Source of the DNA: Syntrophaceae bacterium
GTDB lineage: Bacteria; Desulfobacterota; Syntrophia; Syntrophales; Smithellaceae
Direction of reading: 5' to 3'
Assembly (NCBI GenBank): GCA_003139775.1
Contig: PLGI01000075.1
Location: 1-57,491 of the forward strand
DNA: 57,491 nucleotides
Numbering within the stretch: position 1 is the stretch's first letter; each line of letters begins with the position of its first letter. The notes under the pieces are model-generated. The model searched no databases and was not told the DNA's origin. It saw only the letters and a list, made by a program, of their open reading frames with translations. Of the stretch, positions 45,726 through 55,236 are shown piece by piece. The translations under genes and the position numbers were made by a program.

Positions 45726-46913
45726 CTATATATTTTCCCTGTTAATGTGCGCGACTTTGGCAACAGGGAAGCCGTTAAAGTCCGTGGCCGAGGCTAAAGT
45801 GTAGGCGCCAATATTTTCCGCGTAAAGCAAATCGTCAATTTGCAAATTTTCCGGCAGTTCATCAGCCAGTGAAATTGTATCAAAAGCGTCGCAGGTCGGT
45901 CCAAAAGTGGCACAAAGTTTTAGTTCGCCATCTTTAAAAGCATGGAGCGGGTAATGCTGGTGGTCATAAACCTGGCCGGAAAAAGTATGATACACGCCAT
46001 CATCAAGATAATAACAAGTTTTGCCGTCGCGAATGGATTTGCCAATAATTTTTGTCACCAAGGTGCAGGCTGTGGCCACCATAAATCGGCCAGGTTCGGC
46101 AATAACCTGGATATTGTCTTTGCTGAACAAGCGTTTAATTTCCAAATTCAATTTTTTAGCTAAAGCAGAAAATGATTTTACATCCGGTGTGTATTTAACC
46201 GGAAATCCGCCGCCAATATCCAAAACTTTTTTCTTTTTGCCCTCTTTATCCGTAAAACCAATTTCAAAATTCCGCAAAGCAACTTCCTTCAAAATAGAAT
46301 GCGCAAAATTCAGCGCTTGCAAATAGTTTTCAAAATTATTGCATTGACTGCCCACGTGAAAACTAATGCCTTCCACATCCAAACCCATGCCAATGGCTTC
46401 GGCAATTAGATCCATGGCTTCGCCGGGATGTGCGCCAAATTTGGAAGACAACTCCACTATACTTCCGGTGTTAGGCACGCGAATGCGTAAAATCAGCCCT
46501 ACGTCCGGCGCGTGTTGCTTGATTTTTTTCAGTTCCTCAATATTGTCAAAAGTTACCAAAATTTTGTACGGGTTTAATTTTGTCAAAACTTTGAACGGTT
46601 TAATCGTGTTGGCGTAAATAATTTTATCCCAAATAAAATTTTGGCGTTCTTTGTCCGGCCAGATTTCAATATTTTTATAAACAAGCTTGAATTCGTAAAT
46701 TGAAGCCACGTCAAAGCTAGAGCCAAGGTTAAACATGGTTTTAATTATCTCAGGATTGGAATTAGCCTTAACCGCAAAATACGGTTGCACATCCGGCAAT
46801 TTTTCACGGAATTCCTTAAAATTGTTGCGCAGGATTTCGTGGTCAACCACAAACAGCGGCGTCCCGTTTTTAGCGGCCAATTCCTGCAAAAGTTTTTTCC
46901 TTGTCTCAATCAT
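45726..46913 (-). CDS. Fold-III PLP ornithine/lysine decarboxylase
   Basis: YFAVKANS, FDVAS, SKFG, SFHVGSQ, DIGGGF, EPGR, FGPTCD, GAYT motifs. Confidence 0.9.
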   Translation of the reverse strand: MIETRKKLLQELAAKNGTPLFVVDHEILRNNFKEFREKLPDVQPYFAVKANSNPEIIKTMFNLGSSFDVASIYEFKLVYKNIEIWPDKERQNFIWDKIIYANTIKPFKVLTKLNPYKILVTFDNIEELKKIKQHAPDVGLILRIRVPNTGSIVELSSKFGAHPGEAMDLIAEAIGMGLDVEGISFHVGSQCNNFENYLQALNFAHSILKEVALRNFEIGFTDKEGKKKKVLDIGGGFPVKYTPDVKSFSALAKKLNLEIKRLFSKDNIQVIAEPGRFMVATACTLVTKIIGKSIRDGKTCYYLDDGVYHTFSGQVYDHQHYPLHAFKDGELKLCATFGPTCDAFDTISLADELPENLQIDDLLYAENIGAYTLASATDFNGFPVAKVAHINRENI

Positions 46914-48364
46914 GGAATAAACCGAAAGTTTTCAAATTGCCAGACATCTGCAGTTGGCTTGTTGGCCGGGTTTTCTTTAAAATAGACTACGCGGTTTTTA
47001 ATGGGAGTCCAGTCCGAGACTTTGGAAATAAAATTGCCTAAATAAGGTTTAGAAATATCCAGAACAAAGTCGTGCGGTAAATCATCGGGTAAATTCAATC
47101 CCCTTTTCGGGTTTTCTATCATCCAAAGTACTGCGCTGATAACTCCGAGCGCGACCTGCAAAGTTGTGGCATTTTGTCCCGGCGCCAGCCTTCTGGCTTC
47201 TTCTATGGAAAGATCACTGCCTGTCCACCAGGAATTGTATTCATGGCCCATAAGCAAAGCGCCTAAGATATCCGCGCCGGTAGTAATTTCATCGCCCATA
47301 ATTCTTAATTTTGGCGGCAAAACATAATTTCTGCCGCGAAGTTCGTAAATGGAAGACAACGTTTCGTGGCAAGGCATGTATGCGTAATGCACGGTGGGAC
47401 GAAAAACGGCCTTTTCTTTTTCCCAAACTGTAAGTCGATCTGATAATCCAAAAGCTTCGCCATGGCGGATAACCATGCCCACAATTTCCTGGTCCGGAAT
47501 CCAGGATCTGACCCAGGTGTTCATACCCATTTGCGCCAAAGCGATTTGGTTTTTCGGGCCATATGGCGGAACATGCGCCAGGTCCGGAAGTTTTTGCTCA
47601 TGCGTACCCCAGCCCATTTCCGCCGGCGCTGTGCCTTCTTCCCGAAGGCCTTCTATGCTCCAGGTGCCCACGAATTCATCCACTTCCTTGGGGCGATTAG
47701 TAATTTGCGTGTCGCGCTCGCTGCAATGAATGACTTTGACCTTTAGTTTTTGGGCAAGCAAATTAAATCTTCGGGATTTGATTAATTCTTCCAGTTCTTC
47801 TTTGTATTTCACGGTTACCTTGCCACCAGCTATCATTTTATTTGCAATATCAATCAGGCCCTGTTTTACAAAATGTGAAATCAGCCCTGGATTAGCGCCA
47901 TGGTCAACAACTGCACTGGTGGAGTCTTTTGGCCAGTCTTTGATCATTTCGCAGAGTTTCATTTGCCGCCAGTACAAAGATTTTTCAAACGGACTGTCTT
48001 TGTATATCCCTTCTAAAGAATCCCAAACCTCAACTGAAGTATTTATGTACAAAATATTATTGTCATGGCACCAGCCAATAATATCATTGGCGCCGATATT
48101 CCAGGCCAAATCTATGATCAGGCCGCCATTGTCAGTGTATTTGGCAAGCTCTTTGCCCATATTTTCCGGGGTAATGCGGTTTCGGACAAATTGTACACCT
48201 TTATCGGTAAATTTCTTTAAACTTTGGACTTTGTCTTCAAAATCCATAACAGTGACATTTTTCGGGTCCACTTTCAAATGCTCAAAAAGAATCGGCAAAG
48301 TGCATTGCGAAACCGAGCCATAGCCGATAATTAAAATTTTGTGGCCAAATTTTTTCTTAGTCAT
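46910..48364 (-). CDS. hss: Homospermidine synthase
   Basis: IIGYGSV, HGANPGLISHFVKQGL, HCSERDTQ, EFVGTWSIEG, HGEA, RPTVHYAY, QNATTLQV motifs. Confidence 0.88.
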   Translation of the reverse strand: MTKKKFGHKILIIGYGSVSQCTLPILFEHLKVDPKNVTVMDFEDKVQSLKKFTDKGVQFVRNRITPENMGKELAKYTDNGGLIIDLAWNIGANDIIGWCHDNNILYINTSVEVWDSLEGIYKDSPFEKSLYWRQMKLCEMIKDWPKDSTSAVVDHGANPGLISHFVKQGLIDIANKMIAGGKVTVKYKEELEELIKSRRFNLLAQKLKVKVIHCSERDTQITNRPKEVDEFVGTWSIEGLREEGTAPAEMGWGTHEQKLPDLAHVPPYGPKNQIALAQMGMNTWVRSWIPDQEIVGMVIRHGEAFGLSDRLTVWEKEKAVFRPTVHYAYMPCHETLSSIYELRGRNYVLPPKLRIMGDEITTGADILGALLMGHEYNSWWTGSDLSIEEARRLAPGQNATTLQVALGVISAVLWMIENPKRGLNLPDDLPHDFVLDISKPYLGNFISKVSDWTPIKNRVVYFKENPANKPTADVWQFENFRFIP

Positions 48365-48443
48365 TTTTTTGATCCGTATCCGCCCATTAATAGTGTTCGA
48401 GCTTGTTTTATTTTTTTTAAGATATTGCTTTTATGAGGGTTGA

Positions 48444-48472
48444 ACTATAGGAATTACGGTCTCGTATGTCAA
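48444..48472 (-). promoter_or_regulatory. sigma70-type promoter of the hss-decarboxylase operon
   Basis: TTGACA-17 nt-TATAGT. Confidence 0.65.
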
Positions 48473-48733
48473 GAAAATATTAATTACCGATTGAAATGTT
48501 GAATAAATTGGAAAAATAATAAAAACATCATAAGGAAGTAAGAAACAGTATTTCACTCCATTATTATTCAGCTGGATTGAAAAGTAAGTACAATGGGGGA
48601 AATATCTTCGTTCTTATACCAAGTTGCTTTCAAAAAATAATATATAAATTTTTGAAAGCTTACTTGGTATTAGTTTCTATTCGTGAAATAAGGCCTCGAT
48701 TAACGAAAGCGGATTACATCTCTTCGGCAAACT

Positions 48734-49950
48734 TTACGCCGGCAACAATTTGAAAATGATATCCGAGGGCAATCGCAGTAGTTCAACGTTGATGATTGAA
48801 GTTGTATGCGGTTTAATCCATTTTAAGAGATTATCCGGATCAAACTCGTAGCGTAGCGGTAAATACACAATCTGATCAGTCTGCGGCTCTGTAGCTGACA
48901 CTTCGAGATATACGCCTTTTAACTTCGGTAAACGCGGCATCCACTGCTTCAGCGTAGCGTCGACGCAGATAGAATGTAATCACGTTTGGCGTAACGTTAT
49001 TTTTATGCTTGTCTCCAAAGATCTTTAGGACCGGAATTTCCGATTTTTACTCTGTGTTCTCCGAATCGAATAAGATGTCGTAATGTTCTACAGGCCACCC
49101 GTCTTGATCGCGAACGCGAAAGATAACCTGCGCGTGGCTTATCGTATTGCGTCCGTGGTTCGTCAATCCACTTTTTCCACCACGGGGATCGGGGATGCCT
49201 GAAATTCCAACGCCTCGCGGTAGGTGATCTCGGTTTCCTCGTCGAACGTCTTGCTGGCAGCGGTCCACTGATCATCGTTAGTGGTCGCCAGCGCAACTTT
49301 GACGAGCCGAAGAACCTGTTCCCTGGGCTGTTTGCCTATCACGATCCCCATTTCATCACCGGAATGCGCGCAAGCATACGGGATTGCCATGGGGACCTTT
49401 GGCAGATTATTTATACGGGCTGCTTTGCCTAGCTTAGCTTGTACCACTTACTCTAGTTGTCAGAGCGTCTTAGATTTTCACTTCGCTGTTCGGACGCTTC
49501 ATTCCAAGCTAGTTTTTGGGCCTCGTCCGTAGGTTTGAAATGCAGATAATGCACGTTGACGTTGCTGGACGAGACACGAACTACACCGTCGGAGCCGTCT
49601 TCGTTCGCGTAAGGAATCGAAGCTTCAAACCATTTGACATTGGCCTATGTTCCGATTACGACAAACTCATAGATGCCATAGTTCGCACGCGTGTACGACC
49701 CCTGCTGCAGGAAATGCAGGTGTAGATCGAGCGTCCACGAAGAACCGAATTCGAGCGCATCGAGCGCTTGGACTCCGCGCTCGGTTCCGGCTTGGAACAC
49801 TAATCGAGCCCACTTCGCAAGTTGGCCTTTACCTATGTGCGCCCATCCGCTACCGAGATTCGCACCGGCAAGGTAAACAATTCGTTTCACAGGTGATGGA
49901 CGACCCGAACGACCAATGACAGGCAAATAACTACCCACCAATCCGTCGTG
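48734..49950 (-). pseudogene. Decayed alpha/beta-hydrolase (lipase/esterase-like) gene
   Basis: Collinear fragments RIVYLAGANLGSGWA, EDGSDGVVRVSSSNVN, AHSG..MGI, QVIFRVRDQDG interrupted by in-frame stops and frameshifts. Confidence 0.65.
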
Positions 49951-50326
49951 GATTGAAGTTTTTTTTGATAAGAACTTGCTTTTATGGGAAAGGGGTATAG
50001 GAAAATCATTCCTGTATGTCAAAGGAATATTGCAGGCTTCAAAGCATGGGATGCGATCGCAATGTTTATCAGCAGCCATTCACTCCATGACAATGAATAT
50101 TTCCTACCATTTCTAAATCAAAGATGGTATTGAGGTGGTTAAGCGGAGGCAGCGAGGCGTACCTGAAAAAAATAGCTGAACTATATCTTAATATGTGTTA
50201 GAAGTATCACAGACAGGCAATCTTGGTTAATAAGCGATCGGGTATTATGGTGGGCAAATTTTGACTTCATAAGACTTGACGAAAGGTAATCGTAAATCGG
50301 TATCCTAAATAGTTACTAAGGAGAGT

Positions 50327-51235
50327 ATGGCACATAGATATGTTTTAGGAATGGTAATCCTTTTGAGTGGCGCGATAATGGCGGTTCCGGGGGTTGTAGG
50401 ATTTTCAGATGCATCAAGAATCCCGGCTAACCATGTAAACTATTCGCGAACCAAGGCCGTCCGGGCTCCCCGGAATCTCGTTTTGCGCTCCGCCTCCGCA
50501 TTGGTGGAGGATCAAATGACAGGAGAATGTTTGGTTCAGAAACAGGCAGAAGCAATAATGCCCATTGCCTCCATCACCAAACTCATGACCGCCATGGTAG
50601 TGCTGGATGCCAAAATGGACCTCGAAGAATCTATCACCATCGAATCTGAAGACGTGGACACTGTTCGCCATAGCCGCTCTCGCCTGCCTGTTAATACCAC
50701 TCTTACACGCGGAGATACCCTGCTGCTGGCTTTAATGGCTTCCGAGAACCGCGCCGCTTATGCTTTGGGGCGGACGTATCCCGGCGGTCTCGGTGCTTTC
50801 GTTGCTGCCATGAATGCCAAGGCCAGGTCACTGGGACTCGTCGAGACACACTTCATAGATCCCACCGGTATTCACTGCGGCAACGTCTCCTCTGCCAGAG
50901 ACTTGGCGCGTATGGTGGACGCAGCTTACCACTACAGCATTATCCGGGAATACACCACATGCAAAGAAGCCACAATCCGTTCAAGTAGTCGAACAATGCA
51001 ATTTCATAACACCAATCACCTGATCGGAAATCCTCGATGGCAGATCGGACTCTCTAAGACTGGTTTCATCGATGAGGCTGGCCGGTGCCTGGTAATGCAG
51101 TCACAGTTGGCCAAACGCCCTGTTCTGATCGTGCTGCTCGATTCTCAAGGCAAGCTGACCCGTTACGGAGATGCCAATCGCATCAAACAATGGATGGAGG
51201 GTTCACAGACAGTGCGACAAAAACATAGAGGTTGA
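50327..51235 (+). CDS. pbpG: D-alanyl-D-alanine endopeptidase (PBP7, peptidase S11)
   Basis: ASITKLMT (SxxK), SEN (SxN), KTG motifs; signal peptide. Confidence 0.88.
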   Translation: MAHRYVLGMVILLSGAIMAVPGVVGFSDASRIPANHVNYSRTKAVRAPRNLVLRSASALVEDQMTGECLVQKQAEAIMPIASITKLMTAMVVLDAKMDLEESITIESEDVDTVRHSRSRLPVNTTLTRGDTLLLALMASENRAAYALGRTYPGGLGAFVAAMNAKARSLGLVETHFIDPTGIHCGNVSSARDLARMVDAAYHYSIIREYTTCKEATIRSSSRTMQFHNTNHLIGNPRWQIGLSKTGFIDEAGRCLVMQSQLAKRPVLIVLLDSQGKLTRYGDANRIKQWMEGSQTVRQKHRG

Positions 51236-51321
51236 AAAAATCATCAGGTATTCCATTTAAAACCTTGCATTTTCGTCCAAATTTACGATTTACTAACCCC
51301 GGCAAGAATTATCATAGCCGG

Positions 51322-52167
51322 TTAAATTATGTCTTCATTTCTGAAACGCCAAAATAGTAACACGCCGAGGATAAGGCCGTAGATAAGGATGTTGATGAGC
51401 GGATATATAGATCCGAATCCATGTAACCCTTCACTGCCGCCGATAAACGAAGACGCAAAATGTTGTGTGCCGGAAAGTTTCGGCCATAAATAGTAGACAA
51501 CCCTCCACCCTGTCCAGTCCGACGGCGAACCCGGTTGCTGTATCATCGCCTGAGCCATTGGACTATGGCTTATAGCGAATATCCCGTCGGCCACAAAACT
51601 AATGACGCCGATGCCCAGAACACAAAGAAATGCGACGATGTCAGGCATCAGGAGCGATAAAAGGAGCACGGCAACAACCACAAAGAGCAGGTTGAAAGAG
51701 CATAGCAAAGATGCAGCAAGGTATCCGGGCATGACAACATTCAAATTTACGGAAACAGTCAAGAATATAATGGCGTGGAGAATAAACATGAAGAAGGTCG
51801 ACAAAACCCACAGCCCGAGCACCTTGCCTACAACGTACTGCCGTCGAGTTATCGGTTTGGAAAGAATAGACGATTGCATGCCTTCATCCCGGTCGCGCTT
51901 GAACACGCGCATGGAAAGCAACGCCGCTATGAGCATCACGACCACAGCAATGAAATGAAAGGTCATTTTTGACACTGCCCCCACAATGGTTCCGGCATCG
52001 AGCGCCTCGCCGTTCACCATGTAATTTCCTTGATAACAACCGCGAATGAGAAAGACGAATACGACGCACATAACAAACATAACGACAAAGCTCCTCTGAC
52101 GAACTTCATCGGTAAGGGTATATTTCGCAATTTTAATGATGGGGGAAAGCGCTTTCGGCATTTTCAT
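51322..52167 (-). CDS. ABC-2 type transporter permease
   Basis: Six TM segments; RDRDEG..ILSKPITRRQYVVGK motif. Confidence 0.85.
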   Translation of the reverse strand: MKMPKALSPIIKIAKYTLTDEVRQRSFVVMFVMCVVFVFLIRGCYQGNYMVNGEALDAGTIVGAVSKMTFHFIAVVVMLIAALLSMRVFKRDRDEGMQSSILSKPITRRQYVVGKVLGLWVLSTFFMFILHAIIFLTVSVNLNVVMPGYLAASLLCSFNLLFVVVAVLLLSLLMPDIVAFLCVLGIGVISFVADGIFAISHSPMAQAMIQQPGSPSDWTGWRVVYYLWPKLSGTQHFASSFIGGSEGLHGFGSIYPLINILIYGLILGVLLFWRFRNEDII

Positions 52168-52168
52168 T

Positions 52169-52873
52169 TCAACCTTTCACAAACCTGACAAACACATCTT
52201 CCAGGGTATCACCGTCCTTGACCAGAGCGGAAATTGTGTCCTTCACCAAAAGCCTGCCGCAATTTATGATTGCGGCGTTATCACATATTTTCTCAACTTC
52301 CGACAGCAGGTGTGAATTCAGAAAGATAGTCATCCCTTGCTTTTTAAGCGATTCTAAAAGCTGGCGTATTTCTCTGATCCCGATGGGATCAAGGCCGGAG
52401 GTGGGTTCATCAAGAATTAACAGCTTCGGATTTCCTATGAGCGCGGCGCCTAGTCCGAACCGTTGAATCATGCCTTTGGAATAGGTGTTCGCTTTGGTGT
52501 GTTCCCTGCCCTGCATGCCGATAAGCTCAACGATGCGCCTGCATTGATCAGTCGCCTCGGATCGGCTCATATCCAATAGTTCCGCACAGCGTTGCAAATA
52601 TTGCCATCCGGAAAGATATGGAGGAATATGATAGTTCTCCGCCAGATAACCGACCGCCGTACGGCTTGCCGCATGTTTGCTGGGAAGACCGTTTACCGAC
52701 AAGCTTCCCGCTGTCGGCTGTGTAAAGTCCAACAGCATCTTAACAATTGTCGTCTTTCCCGCGCCATTGGGTCCAAGAAGAGCAAAATACTCACCTGCCT
52801 TGACGGAAAAGGAGACATTGTCAACGGCGGCAAGAGAACCATATCTTTTGGTTACGGCGTTCAATTCAATCAT
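52169..52873 (-). CDS. ABC transporter ATP-binding protein
   Basis: GPNGAGKTT, YSKGM, LILDEPTSGLDP, SHLL motifs. Confidence 0.93.
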   Translation of the reverse strand: MIELNAVTKRYGSLAAVDNVSFSVKAGEYFALLGPNGAGKTTIVKMLLDFTQPTAGSLSVNGLPSKHAASRTAVGYLAENYHIPPYLSGWQYLQRCAELLDMSRSEATDQCRRIVELIGMQGREHTKANTYSKGMIQRFGLGAALIGNPKLLILDEPTSGLDPIGIREIRQLLESLKKQGMTIFLNSHLLSEVEKICDNAAIINCGRLLVKDTISALVKDGDTLEDVFVRFVKG

Positions 52874-52879
52874 AAAAGA

Positions 52880-52908
52880 AGTATATGTATCCCTATTAGG
52901 TATGTCAA
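52880..52908 (-). promoter_or_regulatory. sigma70-type promoter placing the TSS at or near the ABC ATG
   Basis: TTGACA-17 nt-TATACT, then 6 nt, then ATG. Confidence 0.6.
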
Positions 52909-52983
52909 TAAAATATTAAACACAAAATGCGAGGTGTGGTGTCTATCTTGGTCATAGGACTTAAATTGTGTTTATCGTGAAAA

Positions 52984-53078
52984 CCTGAACTTAAGCAATC
53001 ACTTCTTCCTGAACTGTTGTTTTTCTTATTTTCCAATTTACTCAACATTTTAATCATAAATAATTAAAAATGGCTGAA
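52984..53078 (+). repeat. Left arm of the long imperfect inverted repeat flanking cstA
   Basis: AGCAATCACTTCTTCCT..TGTTGTTTTTCTTATTTT..CAACATTT..AAAAATGGCTGAA. Confidence 0.75.
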
Positions 53079-53143
53079 CTCTAGATTAATATATGGTAAA
53101 ATTACAAAATATTTGTTTTTTCTGAGAAGGGTGGAAATGTTTC

Positions 53144-54985
53144 ATGAGTGCATTATATTTGATGATTGGTGCTTTATGTTGTTTTGTTTTGGCGTATCGT
53201 TATTATGCTGCGTTCATCGCCGCAAAGGTTCTTATGCTGGACGACAGGAATATCTCACCGTCCATTTCCTGCAATGACGGCCAGAATTATGTCCCCACCA
53301 ATAAGTGGATCGTTTTCGGCCATCATTTTGCCGCCATCGCCGGTGCGGGGCCACTGATTGGACCGGTTCTGGCCGCCCAGTATGGCTGGGGACCGGGCTT
53401 TTTCTGGATTCTGCTGGGAAGCGTCTTTGCCGGTTGCGTTCATGACATGATTATTCTTTTCGCATCCTATCGCCACCAGGGACAATCCCTGTCTGTCATC
53501 GCCGAAAAGGATGTCGGCAAGATCACCGGCGGCGTAACGGCGGTCGTAATCCTCTTCATCATCATCGTCGCTCTGGCCGGGCTGGGTGTAGCCGTGGTCA
53601 ACGCCCTGTTCAACAATCCCTGGGGCGTCTTCTCCATTGCCATGACGATTCCCATCGCGATGTGCATCGGTGTCTACATGTTCAAGATCAAACCGGGAGC
53701 GATTCTTTCCGGATCCATCGCCGGATTCATCCTGGTTTGCGCCGCTGTACTTGTAGGCCCCTTTGTTGCCGACTCCGGCCTTGCCTCCTGGTTTACCTTC
53801 AGCAAAAAGGAAGTGTCCGTCCTTCTGCCTCTCTATGGTTTCTGTGCAGCAGCCATTCCCGTCTGGCTCCTCCTCGCCCCGCGGGACTATCTCAGCACCT
53901 TCATGAAGATCGGCGTCATTGCCGCCCTGGCGATTGGCCTTTTCTTCGTGAACCCTACGATAAAGATGCCCTTCACCACACAGTTCCTGTCTGGCGGCGG
54001 TCCGATCATCTCCGGTCCCTGGTGGCCCTATGTGTTCATTACCATCGCCTGCGGCGCTATTTCGGGATTCCACTCCCTCATCGGATCGGGAACGACGCCG
54101 AAGATGATCGAACATGAAACAGAGATCACCTTTATCGGCTACGGCGCCATGTTGACAGAGGCTTTCGTAAGCATCATGGCCCTGCTCTCCGCCATCACTC
54201 TCAATCCGAGCGATTATTATGCTATCAATACCTCCGCCGATGTCTATGCGAAACTGAAGATGACCGTCGTCGATCTGCCGGTCCTCAGTCAGTTGGTCGG
54301 GCTGGACATTGCCCATCGCCCGGGTGGCGGCATCTCCCTGGCCGTGGGCATGGCCCATGTCTTTGCCAATGTCGGCGAGAGGCTCCGGCATACGATGAAA
54401 TACTGGTTCCAGTTCATCATCATGTTCGAGGCTTTGTTTATCCTGACTACCATCGACGCCGGAACGCGTGTGGCCCGCTACATCCTCCAGGATATTCTCG
54501 GCTATGTCTTCAAGCCCCTCAGCAGGAAAGACTGGATTCCCGGCACAGTGTTGTGCAGCGCCCTCGTTTCCTTAACCTGGGGTTATTTGCTATACACGGG
54601 CGACATTTCTTCCATCTGGCCGATGTTCGGCGCCACGAACCAGACCTTGTCCGCCCTGGCACTGGCCATCGGTACGACCATCATTTTAAGGATCGGGCAG
54701 AAAAAGATCTACGCGCTGATCACCTTTGTTCCCTGTACCTTTGTGACAGTCACCACGTTCGCGGCGGGAATCATGAACGTCCAGATGTACCTTGCCAGGA
54801 ATCAGATGCTGAACGCTTGGTTGAGCATCGGCATTATCGTGCTTGTGATCATCATCATTGCGGACAACGTCCGTGTCTGGATGAAGCTGCTCAAGACCGA
54901 CAAACCCATCGGCATGAATGTTGAGCGTGACACCGTTTACTGTCCGACGATTTCTCCTGATGCGCCGCCCGACGCGAGGCCATGA
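53144..54985 (+). CDS. cstA: Carbon starvation protein A family transporter
   Basis: GHHFAAIAGAGPLIGP, PRDYLS, ITIACGAISGFH, LTTIDAGTR, WPMFGATNQ motifs. Confidence 0.95.
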   Translation: MSALYLMIGALCCFVLAYRYYAAFIAAKVLMLDDRNISPSISCNDGQNYVPTNKWIVFGHHFAAIAGAGPLIGPVLAAQYGWGPGFFWILLGSVFAGCVHDMIILFASYRHQGQSLSVIAEKDVGKITGGVTAVVILFIIIVALAGLGVAVVNALFNNPWGVFSIAMTIPIAMCIGVYMFKIKPGAILSGSIAGFILVCAAVLVGPFVADSGLASWFTFSKKEVSVLLPLYGFCAAAIPVWLLLAPRDYLSTFMKIGVIAALAIGLFFVNPTIKMPFTTQFLSGGGPIISGPWWPYVFITIACGAISGFHSLIGSGTTPKMIEHETEITFIGYGAMLTEAFVSIMALLSAITLNPSDYYAINTSADVYAKLKMTVVDLPVLSQLVGLDIAHRPGGGISLAVGMAHVFANVGERLRHTMKYWFQFIIMFEALFILTTIDAGTRVARYILQDILGYVFKPLSRKDWIPGTVLCSALVSLTWGYLLYTGDISSIWPMFGATNQTLSALALAIGTTIILRIGQKKIYALITFVPCTFVTVTTFAAGIMNVQMYLARNQMLNAWLSIGIIVLVIIIIADNVRVWMKLLKTDKPIGMNVERDTVYCPTISPDAPPDARP

Positions 54986-55055
54986 TTTCATAACTTAATT
55001 GCTTTTTAATCGAATAGAGGACTATTGATCTCCCCTTAAATATTTAAAAATTAGA

Positions 55056-55160
55056 TTCAGCCATTTTTTGATTCTTTCCGATTGAAATGTTGTGTGAATT
55101 GAGAAAATAAGAAAAACAACATTAGGAAGAAGTTATTGCTGAAAACATCTTGTGTTCAGG
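55056..55160 (-). repeat. Right arm of the inverted repeat flanking cstA
   Basis: Reverse complement reads CCTGAAC..AGCAATAACTTCTTCCT..TGTTGTTTTTCTTATTTT..CAACATTT..AAAAATGGCTGAA. Confidence 0.75.
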
Positions 55161-55236
55161 GTGGCTGATTGTGATAAATCATTTAATGCGGGTTGAAATG
55201 TGCGTGCTCTTAGTTGCTTATCATCCGGTCATGCAT

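Noticed and set aside
49420-49660. Three in-frame TAG codons suggesting pyrrolysine or stop-codon recoding
   Set aside because: The same gene also has a TAA and frameshifts, and other genes here use TAG as a normal stop; simple decay explains it.
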